From Takakia lepidozioides (lineage: Eukaryota > Plantae > Bryophyta), in the NCBI GenBank assembly GCA_030704615.1, contig CM060734.1, positions 43,338,001 to 43,402,000 of the forward strand: 64,000 bases of DNA, read 5' to 3'. Position 1 is the stretch's first letter; each line of letters begins with the position of its first letter. The notes under the pieces were generated by a model, which made no database searches, had not been told where the DNA came from, and was given only the letters and a program-made list of their open reading frames with translations. Made by a program: the position numbers and the translations under genes. This document shows positions 1 to 14,450 of this stretch, piece after piece.

Positions 1-129
1 AAACGTCTATTCTATATTTATGATTCTTGTATTCCAATGTAAATTTGATCTAAATTGATATTGCATAAACATGAATGAATAAATGAATATTTCATCTTTA
101 GATTCATGTGTAGAAATTGTTTAGACTAT

Positions 130-162
<33 letters not shown>

Positions 163-299
163 GAGAGAAACAGCGGGGACTCGGAGCGACCTCTCACAAA
201 TCACTGTTATATAGTAATTAACCGTCGGTTTTATTTTATTTTTATTTTTTAATCAAATGATGATTGATCTGTTGATTTACATATGATTAAAGAACTTAC

Positions 300-3056
300 G
301 GGGAACCACTTATACTGTGTATCATCTTGGTCCATACCATGCCCAATGCTGGAATACTTGCTTCTCCAAAGCAAAGATAACCTGCTAGAATTGTATTATC
401 ACTGCGTTTTTCACCGATCAAACAATGACCCATAATATTTTGAACAAAGCCATTTTTGGATAATTGTGCTGGTAGTGCCATTTGGCTTCTGCTCAAGCCC
501 AATAATCCATCCTGTGCAAGCATTGCGCCTCCTCCTTGTTTGTATTCACAATTCCTTTGCTCAAATGCACACCTATATGTAATTGGTGATTAATATAATT
601 TAGTCTATCATTTTCCTTTTCCCTGAAGATCACACCCAGCACACTAGCCACATGGGGAAAGTAGTTGTAAATTAAACTATTACAATGACAAAACGATGTA
701 AGGCTAAGTTTGTAATCACTTTATGTAATATATTTTATAGTACTTTAATTATTACTTAAACATGTTTTATATTTTGGTCATATTTCATCAAATATTACCA
801 CCGTCTTTCTCAATCATATTGTAATCATAAACTTAAGATTCAAGTTTCAATGTCATAACATACCCAAATATTATGTTGGTTTGAACGTAAGCCTTATCAT
901 TTAGTTGGACAGTAAGAGTATCATTGAGGAGAATCCCATTAACTTGCAAACCATCTGCATAATTCATTTCAAAATAACAGTAATAATTGTTTTCTTCGTT
1001 ACATGGCTTATTCACATCTTGAATGCTAGGTGTACAAATGGAATGTCTACAATCTACAATTTGAGATTGTTCCCGATCGGGTCTGTATAATCCATTTGGT
1101 CCCTATATCAGCAAACAAAAGACATTAGACTTGTATGTATTAAACTCGTTTTTGTCCGAAAGGGGTAGTACCGCAAGGGAAAGAGGCTCTTATTTACACT
1201 AACTTCGGCTGGCGTCATATATATGTATATACTCATTTTTGTTCGCATTCTAGATCAGTTTTGCTATAATATTGAATTTTGGATAGATATTAAATTACCT
1301 TCAAGATATGGTGGACTATCATATGATATTGACATTTATCTATATGATGCAAAAGATGTACCGTTTTGCAACTTCGGGCTCGCTGAAAGTGACAATGTAC
1401 CCAGGTGAGGCGACTACCCGTGTCCACATCCACATAAAATGAAGACCGAGATTGACCTAATTTTATTTCAGTATAATATAGCCTACATGCATGCATCCAC
1501 ATTGTTTAATTATAAATCTCTTAAGACACACTAAGAACAGGCCCAATAAATCAGATCCGTCAGATTTGTATATTGAACTGCTACTAATGTTCCATCATTC
1601 ATATTTGTTGTCCACCGAAACTTGAAGTGCACCTCTGCAAAGATGTGAACTTATGTTTTAAATAAATATAAATTAGTTCAATATGATACAATACACTATC
1701 AATAAATTAAAACATACAGTAAAATGTTATTTGAAAATTGACTATGCTCAGTCGGAGACGGTCATGAACATAGAGACTATATCTAACAGTAACTTAGATT
1801 GAGAATTGAGCCTTTCTTAGTTTTATACCTATGCACTCTGTCTTTCACAATAACACAATCTTCTATATATATCTCTAGTAGCTGGATCTTCCCAAAACAC
1901 AAGCTTGTTTGATGCAACCAAAAGGCTTTTTCAACTGTCAACTCACATTGTTCTAGACTTTTTCACACGACCAAAAATGCATATCAACAACGATGGATTT
2001 TACACAGTCTTTAGAAACTAACATTGGATGTTGTTGTGTGTGTGTGTGTGGGTGTTATAGTACTATGTGACATATATTAATGAAAAAATTTGGAGCTTTA
2101 TATATGTTCAACCAACATCCGACTTGCAATATGAATATTTGACAATAACGTGAGCTTCAAAAACTGTAGGGGCGCCTAAAGTGAAGGGTCTATGTACCAC
2201 CATTAATGACAACCTAGTGAAGTAGGGTAGTTTATGATTTATTTTATAGTAAGTAAAATTGATTTAAAAAATACATAATAAAGTCAACATAGCAACAACA
2301 TGTAGTTTATCTAATAAGCAAGTTAAATGTCATACTTATAACGATTTGGTGACTCTCATTTTGAAAATATCTACGGTAAACAGTAGACCTAATGGACACC
2401 AACATATATATCTGGTGTGTGTGTGTGTGTGTATTATAGAGAACAGGGATGGAGGCCCTGGAAATATAATAAAAAGATAACGGGAAAAAATAACCCTTGA
2501 GATACAGCCGTAAAGCGTATTAAGGGGATGCCACCCCATGACCAGCAAACAACTAAGAAGGCCACAGCCAGGAAGGAAGGGCCGAGGGAGAGCAGAGGGA
2601 GATGAAAGCCTGCCAGCTACAAATCATAGAAAGCAGGGGCACTTCTTCTTATTTGACCTTGACGAGATGGGTTCTCTTATACATTTATAAATACCCATTG
2701 CAAATCAATATTTTAAAGTTATAAGAATATTAGATAAAAGGTTCATACCTCTGACCAGATCCGCCATACATGTTCCATACAGGATATTTTGACTTTTCAA
2801 TAAATGTATGTTCTAATAATTTACGTCGCAATATTGTATCTTGATCTAACATTATGTCTTGTAATTGCATATTTGGATACCTTAGATATAATGGTGCATA
2901 TAGAAGAGCTTGTTGTTCTTCTGATACATTTAAGAATACTTCCGTTTTAAACCAAAATAAAATAAAAATAAAAATAATCAATATCACACCAGTTATCTGC
3001 TTTAATCGCACCCTTGGTCGAGATTGAGATTGGACAACATTGTACTGAGAGGGCAT
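300..3056 (-). CDS. Aspartic protease, nucellin/Asp1/APCB1-like (A1 family). 5' four exons (3056-2749, 1482-1362, 1102-864, 572-300); gene continues beyond window start
   Basis: Phase-consistent GT-AG exons. They give an N-terminal hydrophobic anchor (GVILIIFIFILFWF), LYYTEIKLG...YVDVDTGSRLTWVHC (catalytic DTGS), CYFEMNYADG, IIFGCAFEQ, DGLLGLSRSQMALPAQL..NIMGHCL and GYLCFG. Confidence 0.85.
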
Positions 3057-4142
3057 TGAGACATCCTGTTATTTTATATTGATTGAGTTCAAACTTCAAA
3101 CTTTCAAAAAAAAAGAAAAAGAAAAACTATATTGGTTGAATCAATGATTTCTATATTTGTAATTTGTATAGGTAGCAAAATTGACATATATAAGCATTCA
3201 GTCCAATTATGATTAGCTTTAACCCTTAAGTTCCCAAGCGACCTGAATCGGGTCACTTTGAATTTGCAGGTAGACCTAATTTTTGCAGATCTAATCTGAT
3301 GGGGCCCACTCCTGAAGCTTTAATGACAAGGGATTTGTCTCCAGTATGATGCAAAAACAAAAAAATTAAAAAAAAACAAAAGCTTCGACCTACAAAAAAT
3401 ATCTTAGATCTTTTACGTTTTGGGGCCTGAAAAGGGCTTGTTGACCGCTGACGTGGCAGGTAAACAAGCCCAAAACAGATTGCAACTCCAAAGGCCATTT
3501 TTGGCATAAAATTAGCAATTTTGGAAAAAGCGCTTCACTTGTGGTGTGTGAGCATTACATACACACATCCACCATTGGCTTTTAAAAAATTGTAGAAAAA
3601 AAAAAGTACTTCATTTGGAGGCACATTTTCTCTTGTCAATTTTGAGATTTCAACCCCCACGTAATTGCATGAATAGCAACCATAGGTGAAAAAATCAGTT
3701 GGACCTGCAATTTAGTGGGGTCATAGCCACTCCACTATTGATTTGGATATGGTGGGTCTTGGGGCAAGCAAAATTGGATAAAGCTAGGTTTTGATTTGGT
3801 CAAACCAATTTCTTTCTCACTTTTTCTTTGGGACCTGATATTTGAGGTCCCGGCCAACGCTATAATCTCACAATTTCCACGGTGGACTTGGCTCCTTTTT
3901 TGGTATGTCATGCATAAATGAGTTGGGCCCATTGCTATAAGGCTGGAATCTCTGGATGATTTTCGGTAGGTTTCTAGGGGCAATTTACTGCAGCTGGGTA
4001 CCCAAAATTGGTAAAAAGTCAAAAAAGGGCTTGGGAACTTGAGGGTTAAAGCAGACCAAACATCAATTGTAAGTGTCATGGGAAATGAGAAATGGTTTGT
4101 ATATGGAAAATGACATTTCCTGGAAGTTACCCAAAAACCCAG

Positions 4143-4146
<4 letters not shown>

Positions 4147-4174
<28 letters not shown>
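4147..4174. repeat. (GA)n microsatellite
   Basis: Perfect GA dinucleotide run. Confidence 0.9.
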
Positions 4175-4177
<3 letters not shown>

Positions 4178-5919
4178 AGAGTAGTATAGACCATATGATA
4201 TTATATACCAAAAGACATCATGCATTTTAAATAATATATTATAGTGTATATTATTTGTATTATATTGAGTTTGAAAAGTATGCTAGTCTTCAGGGACCAA
4301 TAAAATCTTACACACTGATTTGTAGATGGTTGATTGGATGTATGATTATTGTCCGATGAAATGATATCGCTAGATTGTACAAATCCAACACGCTTCATCG
4401 TAAATTAAATATAGTGCTCAACTTTTGAAGCATGTGTCATCTTGAGTTGGTGGGTTTTACTTAAGTCGACTTCCACATCCTATTTCTCATATGAAAAATC
4501 ATGTCTTTCCCCATTGCTGAAACTTCTAGTAAGTTGGTAAATTTTACATAAATTTTAGCATGTGGTTCTTCTCAGGATGTAATAAGCTATAACCTACATG
4601 TAAATTCTTGTGTTTGATACATATGATTATGGTTTAAATCAATAATTGAACATTCAATCGAATTGACAAATTTACTGGTTGTCACGAATCACACAAATAT
4701 ATAAATCGTGGTCAGAAGAGTGGCTTGAAGACACGCCCATTCAATACCCAATGTTCAAGTTCTTCTTAAGAATGTTATGTGTTTTAGAATCATAGGCATG
4801 AGACCAAGTAGGTGGTTAACACAACAGAATCTATAATAATATCTCAAAATGATTGTGAGATAATACAAAATATTTCACTTGAAATGAACACTATATTAAA
4901 AAGTTTATGGGTTGTATCATTTATACATTAGAATAGTTTTATTAAAAAATAGCAATGAATCAGATAAACAAATGTAGAGATACACTCTTTTAAAACATTG
5001 TACTCATATCCTTTGCACCTTTGCAATATTAAAGGGGCTTAAGTATGTATGCTCAAATTTCTATGGAGATGGCATCTTATCTTAACACTGATTTTGCAGA
5101 GCGTATCAAGCCAATAGTCGTACTATATGTTGAAAACCCTAGATAGCTTTCTGAACCATCTTCTATATAATAACTAGAGTTGGAAGCTTGTTAGGGAACT
5201 GATTTATGTTGGCTCCGGCTGAACTTCTCTCTCTCTCTCTCTCTCTCATATGTTTGGAGCATCCCATAACCTCTCTAATCTCTTCTTGTTTTTCTGAAAA
5301 TGTAATGGATATCATCCATTTCGGATGATGTCCATGATTTATCCAATGAAAACGATCGAGACCATGGAATTCATCCATAGCTCGTTAAGAAAAACCTAAT
5401 CACGCGATGCTCGTTGTATCGAGTTGCGAGATGGTGACAGGAAGGAGACGAAGGCTTCACAAATGATATCGGTGCATTACAAGTCTCTACGCTTAATGAC
5501 TGTGACTTCCCTCCATGATCATTTAAAGAATTGCGACGCTTTTAATTGTGCCACTATGGGCTACAGGGTGTCCTCCTTCTTTGATAAATTGCACTATCTC
5601 TTGGGCAAACCAATTGCATTGTGTCTATGCTCGCTTATATGTGAATTGTTTGATGCCATGGCTAAGGGTCCTCTTCTTGGAGTCGACGGATTTGAACCTA
5701 CACTGAAAAATATAAATAACAAACTGAAAATTGTTTTTTTTTCTTCCAAAAATGGGCTAGAGTTTCAACGGTGCCAAATTGTTGGATCTCCTTCTATTTT
5801 TGTTGCGGCATGCAGCAGAGAAGTGGGCATACATTGTGCAGTCAATCTTTTCAAATTCGCATTTTTCACCATTTTATAGGCGATTTTTGGGCTTGGGTGC
5901 CTAGTTTTAAGAGAGAGGG

Positions 5920-5952
<33 letters not shown>

Positions 5953-7167
5953 AACATGTGGGCACTTAAGGATTAAAAGCATTACATTGATACGTTTATT
6001 TATTTATTAAAAAGATAAATATACATTATCATCAATAACTCGATGATAGTAAAATATCTTGATCAACATAATACATGTTTCTAGTTATGTGTGAGGGCAA
6101 TTTGGAGTCAGATCTGTACAAATGTGTTCAAAACTCTGCAACTTGAAATTATTATATTTATCATTAGTTCAAACGGTGAATGAAATATTATGTAGTTATA
6201 AACATGCAAAAAAACCAAATCATATTATCACTCTCGTCTCTTTTAGTTTCATTAGTTGGAAAAATAAAAGCATCCAACAGATGCCCCAATGGTTAGGTCT
6301 ATGTGGCCAGGTTCAGGTATTGTAACTTTTTTTGCAAATTCACTATGTTGAGATTGATTAAACTCTATTTAATCACAGCACCACGGTACCGAGTTCCACA
6401 TGTACAAACTTGCTACACTAGCCCACCAATTCCACACCTACAAAAAATAGAGGACATGTGCCAGACAAATGCCAAGTCTCTATCTTTTTGCCAAAACTCT
6501 CATTTCTCATTCTTTGAGAAATGAAAGCATTCTTTTTTTAGGACTGTTTTTTGCATTTTGTATGGTTGTTGGCCATGTTGTTGTTCGTTTCGTGTCTTGC
6601 ATTGCAAGTCTTGCCAACCTGTTCTGTACCATGTTTTTTCATAAACCGTAAAGACGCTTTAGGGATTTCCTGGTGTTTGTCTGGAGAACGTCTATCAATG
6701 AAAAGTGGATGTGAATTGGGGGGACGGACCTTCGTTAGAAAAAACTCATTCTCCTTCGTGTTCATTACGCAACATGACATTGTACTCTCTGAAATATCCT
6801 GTGCCCGTGGACAAAAATCATCCACAAACCACCCGTGATTTCTCATCCGACTAAGATTTGGATGAGGGGTGAGACTTCTCGGAAATTAATGTTGGCAAAT
6901 CTGGGGCGTGGTAGTCGCCTACAAGTCCGTGGAAATAGGTGGCATCCGCGGAATTAGGTCCTGCACGTGGGAAACCTTGCTGACGTGGCGTGAGCCTGGC
7001 TGGACTCACACGCTCATAGGCTCACGCGCAAGCATTCCCCTCATATTTGACAAGCTCACACATTGTATGTTGTTGTGCTCATGAATCTCCTGATCACTGA
7101 GTGGTGCAAGAGCGGTAGTGTTGTCATTATGATTCTTTTAGATCACACAAATATGAACAAAACACAG

Positions 7168-7328
7168 CACTCCAGAAAATAGTGTTACCACAATCGTCAA
7201 CAATCGTGGTTCCCAGCACCTGCAAATATTGTTGGCTTTAAGATTATTTATTTATTTATTTTATAAATTATTTACGTCCATTTGCCTCGATCATCGACGA
7301 TCGTGGATTTGCGTCTTGCAGCTAAGGC

Positions 7329-7368
<40 letters not shown>

Positions 7369-7743
7369 AATGTCGACGATCGTGGTTTTTTTTTTTTTTT
7401 TTTTTCCCGCCTTATTTATGTCCATTTGCCTCAATCGTCAACGATCATGGATTTGGCCTTATGCAGCTAAGGCTAATAATACTAATACGTCTAATAATTT
7501 TTTTTTAAATACCAAAAAATTATGCAGATGTTGGGAACCACGATCGTTGACGATATGGGGGTTTTGGTTATTTTGGGCCTTGGCATTATTTACGTCCATT
7601 TGCCTCTATTGTCAATGATCGTGGATTCGGCCTCATGCACCTAAGGCAAAAAATACAAAATATAAAATACAAAATCCAACAGTATTTGTAGGTGCTGGGA
7701 ACCACAATCGTTGACAGTCGTGGTAGCATTACCTTCTGTAGTG
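7168..7743. mobile_element. Non-autonomous CACTA-type element (MITE-like) with ~60-bp imperfect TIRs
   Basis: Left end CACTCCAGAAAATAGTGTTACCACAATCGTCAACAATCGTGGTTCCCAGCACC. Reverse complement of right end CACTACAGAAGGTAATGCTACCACGACTGTCAACGATTGTGGTTCCCAGCACC. Internal subterminal repeats (TCCATTTGCCTC...GATCRTGGAT) and a (TG)n run. No matching 3-bp TSD. Confidence 0.75.
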
Positions 7744-7806
7744 TTGTATTTTGTTCATATTTGTGTGCATTGATAGTAGAAAAAACGAGAATCCCCCTGT
7801 TTACAC

Positions 7807-8140
7807 CAGTGTTGGGAGGTTCTTTGATTCAACTACAAACCCCCGGAGGTTATCAAGAAGGTTATATGGATATATAACCGCGGTTCTAAAAAAAAACAAA
7901 GAACCAGCAAAGGCTCATAACCGCCGGTTATGTAGTTTTGAAATAACCAGCATGAAAACCGTCAAAGATCCGCCAAAGACCCGCCGGTTATTTGATGAAA
8001 ACCGCCGGTTCTTTGAGGTTCTTACAATTAACCGGAACCGGTGGTTCTTTGGACCATTAAAAAGATCTGAAAAAACCGTAACCGGAGGTTCTTTGATCCT
8101 AAGATTTTGTAAAAACCGGAACCGGAGGTTATAAAAGAAA
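7807..8140. mobile_element. Truncated hAT-like MITE fragment (ACCGCCGGTT-rich)
   Basis: Starts CAGTGTTGG like the complete element at 34969; multiple AACCG(C/G)(C/A)GGTT subterminal motifs. Confidence 0.5.
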
Positions 8141-10189
8141 TCAACTGGTCTACACCTTTCTGTCAGTTTACGTTTAGTCCATCATATAACATGTTGTTTC
8201 TACAACAGATATATTCGGAATGTTTTCATCCTTGAAAGAGTCTTGAGTGCTATTTTTGATTTCTTGATATCTGGTCCGACCCTGGGAATTAACATATAAT
8301 GTTTACAGCAGATATTTTGCGGGACGAGAGTCCTATACATTTTCCACAGTGTGTGTGTATATTTATTTATTTATTTATTTTTCTTTTGCCTTGGGTGTAG
8401 AGGATTTCTTTGCTGTAAGGCAGTACAGACTTATATCCCGGGGCCTCAACTTCACCAACATGAGAATGAGCAGAGACCAACAGATATTGCCATGATTGTG
8501 ACAAATAGATCTTAGTCCTTACCGTGATCCGCATGACATGATCGCATATTCCTATTAGGCGGAGGAATTATGCAAATTGAATGTGCAAATTGCAAAGTCC
8601 AAACTCTTATCCACCAATCCGTAATATCCACAATCGTTGACAATCGTGGAGCTCCCCTCTGCTTCACATCTGCAATGTGTCATTTGCAGATGAATGAGCT
8701 TGTGAAAAAATTGTACTTGTAGACAATCCTCATCATAGTTATTTCCCCGTTGAGTTGGCTGCCGAAGTCATTTGACTTGTTGATGACACCATCCCTAGAG
8801 AACTCTTTGTAGAAATAGTGTTGCCACACCAACCCCTTCCATTTTAAAATGTGGGCCTCTAGTGTCAACTTTGGGGCAGCCATGGTAATCCTTCAACTGT
8901 TGGGCCAAAACGAGCAACGAACTGATGCACTGTGGATACACCTTTGCAATCTAGGGTTGCCCATCTCGAAGATGAGGAGAAGTTGGTTCTTGCAAATTAT
9001 TACAAAAGCTTAATACCCCTCCTGGTTAGATGGGGATGCTCATCGGCCCGACAAAGATAACTTCTTACTCCCTCGAGTTTCTCCTCTCCACATGGTGTCA
9101 TCTACAAATACATCTGTTGGTGGATCATCTTCCAACCAATCCATTCCTTCATTTCCAACCAGTACAATTGATTATGTGGAAGACATTATGTAAGTTGTGG
9201 AAGAGTCCGTGTGTTCCAACTCTGTATGGCACATAAAACGAATTCAAGTTGGATCTAGAGTGGGTTATATAGCTGTTATGGAATTTTTTTTTGTCAAATG
9301 CACTTTAAATATTGGCAAAAACTCTACCGACATTCCTGTTCCAATGTCCACAGGGTTCGGGACAAGAGAATACTTGGGTTCCAGAACTTTTTTGGTCATT
9401 CTGGTCTTTTTTCGCGGTAATAGGCCCTCAAATCTATATCCTCGGGTATATGCCTTCTTTCTTTATAACAATACCATGCGTTCATGCTTAACAAGCGTGA
9501 GCCTAGCTCATAGGCTCACCGGGCTAGGCTCACACCGTAGCTACGCTGTCGTTTTAACCACTCAATCTGCGACTAGCGTTTATGAAATATTTTCATTGCA
9601 AGGTTACGTGGAATATTCAAAGAATAAAAATTAAAAATCTAATAATTTTTTTAATTTAGAATTTGTAAGTTTTTAGTTTAGAATTAGAGATGTGGTGTCG
9701 TGGCATGCTTTGATTGGAGTATGGAGTAGGGTGCGGGAATGAGAGAGATGGGAAATGCGGGAGTGTGTTAAGTGCGGGAGCACAGGAAGGGTGGGAAGGG
9801 AGCACGAAAAGCACGTAGTGTTTCAGGAAGAGGTCAAGGGAGTGGAGAAGGTGAAGCCCTTAGTGAAGCAGGCGGGGAAGGGCCACTATGTATTAGATAC
9901 ACTATGGAGTTTAGGCATCGGTGATGAAGGAGCCCCATCCCATGGAGCAGCACAGCATGGGCCTTGTTTTCATTCCAGCTCGCTGCGTACTTTGACGTGT
10001 TGTCATGCGCTTCAAGTGTTTGCCAAATTGGCCAAAATATATGTCCATGATCACATGAAGTCTCAGGGTCAGGTTCGGTTTATTTTTTAGTCTACTAGCC
10101 CTAGCCATGGCTTTTCAGTAATAAGAGGTGAAGGGAGGATATGATGGAGGGAGTGATTGTGCCATTGACTGCCGTTGTTCATACTTGGT

Positions 10190-11660
10190 AGAGAGGAATA
10201 AAGCATGCAAAGGCAATAAGCTACAGCTGGTCAAAAATGACAGGAAGTTTCAGCAATGAGTATTTGCTTAAGGTCTCATGTATACAAAGTAGCTATAAGC
10301 CCCGTGTCGTTTACTTCATGACCTCAGTCCCGACTCTTTACCTAGCTCATGTACACCAGCATAAGATGGCTGGCCAGCTCATCCATCTCCCTCTGTCTCT
10401 ATAATCCAACAGAGGAGAACTCAGATTCGCAGGAGCAAGATGAAACATCTCCAAATCTAGTAAAATGCTACTACACTATATGAACTTCACTCTACAATTT
10501 GTCTAAGTGGGTACCCGCACAACACTGGTTAGTACCTTCTGTCTGCGTACTTTGCGAGCATCCATCTTAGCTTCATCCAAGGCTGGGTTTAACGTTCTTT
10601 GTGTGGGCTCCACCACCTCCCATAGGTCTTCACGTGTCAGCATGTCATGAGCTTGAAGCCCAAGGGATTGTACTTCTGGGCTCCTTCAGGGCTCCTTCCA
10701 TGAGATTATAACAAAATAATCTAGCCCAATTTGAAAAATGTATTTTAAAATTGCATAGAAAAATGGTTTGACGACTAAATTCAAGTGTCGAATTGAATTT
10801 TTTGAGGTAGATGCCCTCCATAATCTGATTATATGGCACCCAAGGACCCTCTCCCCAAAAAAACAGACCAAAATTCCAAAAACTGAGATAGGCTGTTTTG
10901 TATGTGAAATATGGGGGGTTTTTGTAAATTGTCATGGTTTGGCTTCTTTTCCAAGTACACCCATGAGGTGATATTAGTTTCTAATTCCTTTGGTAAGTAG
11001 GTGCACATTAACATTACATAGTGTCTTGTCCAATTTTTCTAGCATTTGACATTTGAGCCCTAGATGTTATTTTCAAGATTGCTCACTTCACCTGTCCACA
11101 TAGATGTGTGGACTTCAAAACATGTTCTGAGGTATTGAATTCTCAAACACATAACAAAGCTAATTACATCTTATGACCCAATGTAATGGCTGTGTTTCTA
11201 GGGAGATATTAATTTTCAAATATGTTAGTTTAGTACTATTATAGTGACTTAATCAGTGAGTGAGTAGTTCTTTGGCTAAGATTATGGTAAGGCATAAGCA
11301 TGAGAGGAGAGTGCAAAGCTAGGTAGAGAGTTGGGACTAAGGTCATGAAGAAAATGACACGGGGTTTACAATTGTTTTCTATACATGGGGCCCTTAAGCA
11401 AATGGTATAGTCATTGCTGAAACTTTCTGTCATTTTTTATCAATTGTAGCTTATTCCCTTTACATGCTTTCTTCCTGGAATCTGGATGGACTTTTAGAGT
11501 TATGATAATCCGATAGAGGAGAACTCGGATCGTGGGAAGAGACTGTGTCTCTAAGGAGATATTAATTTTCAAAGAGTTATTTTAGTACTGTCACAATGAC
11601 TAAATCAGTGAGTGAGTAGTTCTTTGGCTAGGACTATGGTGAGGGATAAGCATGAAAAGA
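10190..11660. mobile_element. Mosaic of degraded LTR-retroelement fragments, including a Copia gag N-terminal relic
   Basis: Minus-strand LTREDLWEVVEP (~10610-10645) resembles a Copia gag start. Inverted repeat 10190-10350 / 11318-11477. Direct repeat ~11190-11305 / ~11545-11655. Confidence 0.45.
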
Positions 11661-13296
11661 GTGTGTCAAGCACTTATGTATTTGATGGCTACACTGACAT
11701 ATGTGTATGGCAGAAATTTGATCAATCAAGGCAAAGTGGTCCCCAAGACTATCAGCCCCCAATCAATCCTCTCAGAAACTGCATTCGGTGGACGTACATA
11801 AGGGCAGGGGAGCGCCCGTCTAATGGAGTATCAAAATGGCTCATTGTCCTTGCTAGGTGATGTACCGCGCGTGGCAGGTCGGCAATTAAGCAATGGCCGC
11901 AATGGCAGTAATAACATAGCCTCTAAAGGCGCAATGGCAAGCGCAATTCACAATGGGCAGCTTATTGTTGATTCTGCCAGCTCTTGGGGTCTGAACTTTT
12001 TTTGATGTTTGTTGTCCATCAATTTACTTATATTAATGATTCAGTTTGTAGCTTTGGATTTGTCGTGGTTCCCTTCACTTTTGTTGACACCATTGCTGTT
12101 TTTCTTTATAGATGCAAGAGACAGTGTATTTCTTGAACCCTCATGACAAACGCATTAAGGCGTCCATAGCGAGGGCTGAAGTGGTTGGGCTATCTAGCAG
12201 GGACAAGTACCATGGCAAGGACATACGCCCAGGTTTAAGGTGAAAGTCCTTGAATGAACCCATCTGAATGTGTCATTGTTTTCCCCATATGAATGATGAT
12301 CCCCCTCAGAATAGACTTGAGCACATACTAGGCACTTACACTTTGTGGTCAACAAAGAGTCTGAGGAAGGCTGAAATTCACTAAGTACAGTGATACAAAG
12401 TTGTAGCAAATCCAGATGAACCACCCACTGTTTATTATCAAATGATGCTTTGAAATAAAGATTAGTGAAATTTTTCAAGTCAATTCCCTGGGCCGTTTTA
12501 TCTTTCATGTATTACACATGTGATCTTCATTGTTCATGATTGGTAGGTAGGATGCAGCATTGTGCAACATGCTTGACATTCTACCTGATTAGGCAATTTA
12601 TGTGTGTTATCATGTTATGCATTGCTAGATTTTAATAGCATGGTATAACAAGAACAAGAGTTTAGTCACAATAACAACTCTCACATTTCACTACAAGTCT
12701 TTGTTCTGACATAGAGCACTTCTGTAATAGCAGCAAATCAGTGCAATAAACATCCCATAGTTGCATATGCAACCTGAACAGCCACCACTTCCAATTGTAT
12801 ATACAACTGGTCAAAGATGGCTTGAGTAGTTCCTGGAGTTATATCCAGTACTCACGATAGCACGTTGCAAGTTGCAAGGCTGATTTGTCAGTACATTCCC
12901 TCACTGGCTATTTATCTACAACAATTCAATTGTTGTGTGGCACTCCAGTGTCAGTGTGGCACGTGGCTATCCAAAACAATGTATGGATGCCACGTGCGAT
13001 CCCGGGGCTGTACCACGCGTGCGCGGCAACAACATTAATGATTTAGTAAAGTCGGTAACACCAGTCAAAAGTCACTAATACTATGGGTCAAAATCAAAAT
13101 CAAATACCCGTGCAATCCACCTGGTTGTGCCACGTGCCCCCTCCATGAAATTCCTAAACTAGTGACACTATTCCACTCCGCTGACCGAATGAACTAGTCT
13201 CTAAGCACTGGTAGCCCCCCTAGTCGCAAAGTCCATTATGACTGGTTTTGCAGTCGTAAGTGCAGTCGTTTCGAACATACTTCCTACTAGTGTATT

Positions 13297-14450
13297 TTAC
13301 CAGAGGTATCGTGCATGCAATATTGTAATATATATCTCTCTCTCTGCAATCTTTCCTAAATCCAAACAATAAGGAAAGTCCACTTGCACTGTCTTTACAA
13401 TATCAGTGTAGTATATGTTTTTGGCAAACAAATCATATAACAACACGAGAAGTCCTGGAAAAAAATAATTCATAGTAACGATGCGGCCATTGTCCTCAAA
13501 TCCAGCTAGCAACCTACTCACCACAGAGTAACCTGAGTCATGCGAAATCATCTTTTCCCAAATATACCTTAATCTTCTGCACGTACCTAGAATTGGCCCT
13601 GACCAAGCACCAAATCTTGATGCCCCACTTTATATGTTTCTTGCTCATGATATATTGTTGCAATTTAAAGTACTAATTCATTTTGTACTTCACCATCATC
13701 TAATCAATACATAAATTATGCTTTAAGAACCAGTATTGAACCGGGCAATATTTTGTGCATCTATCAACCACCGAGTCTTAGCCTATTTATCAAATCCGTA
13801 AGCAGTGTTGTCCACTTCCACCATACAGTTATCTACAAGATGTAAGCATCTCAGGATGGCCTCCCATCTATTGCGGCTCATAATGCGCATTATGGAAAGA
13901 TACTTCAAGAATTCAGTTCTAGCCTTCCAATAGCACCTAGTGTTAGGCATTTTTTTTAATTCCCATTAGAATGTGAACTCCCAACCGAGCCCTTTGCATT
14001 GCCATAGTGAGACGGTACCACCATCTTCATCCCTTCATCCCTTCAACTTACCCCTCACATTGTATGTTTGAGTATATGGGTTGGTCATGATGCAGACCTT
14101 CCGCATGCAGATAGATAGATGCCAAAATAGATTAAAAAAACTGTAGGTACATGATCATTACCTATGGAATGGAGTTGAGGACCAATTTGTCCCAGTCCAA
14201 TTCCCTTCTAGCAACTTAGCCGTGGAATCAGAATTCCACATGTCATCAGCATCGAGCATGTCGACTGCAGGCCACTCATGCCAATCATCTAGCAACGCAT
14301 ACACACCAAGCTCACGACAAGGATTACCTGTATCCACACAAAAATCCCACGAGTTGGGATCACTAAAGGTTGTAGGTTACCCTGAGCCTCTTCTATAGAA
14401 TCATAATCCAAATAAGAGTCATCATCGGACTCCTCACTGTCATCCTACAA
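13297..14450 (-). pseudogene. piggyBac (PGBD-like) transposase pseudogene
   Basis: Disrupted frames give LCID*MMVKY, KWGIKIWCL..ANSRYV and YSVVSRLLAGFEDNGRIVTMNYFF...LFAKNIYYT, matching PGBD transposase blocks; acidic N-terminal region near 14420. Confidence 0.75.

Noticed and set aside
5424-10108. Several 100-150 aa ORFs (5424-5879, 7229-7618, 7751-8134, 9197-9634, 9755-10090)
   Set aside because: Mostly non-ATG starts, overlap with repeats or microsatellites, and no recognisable motifs.
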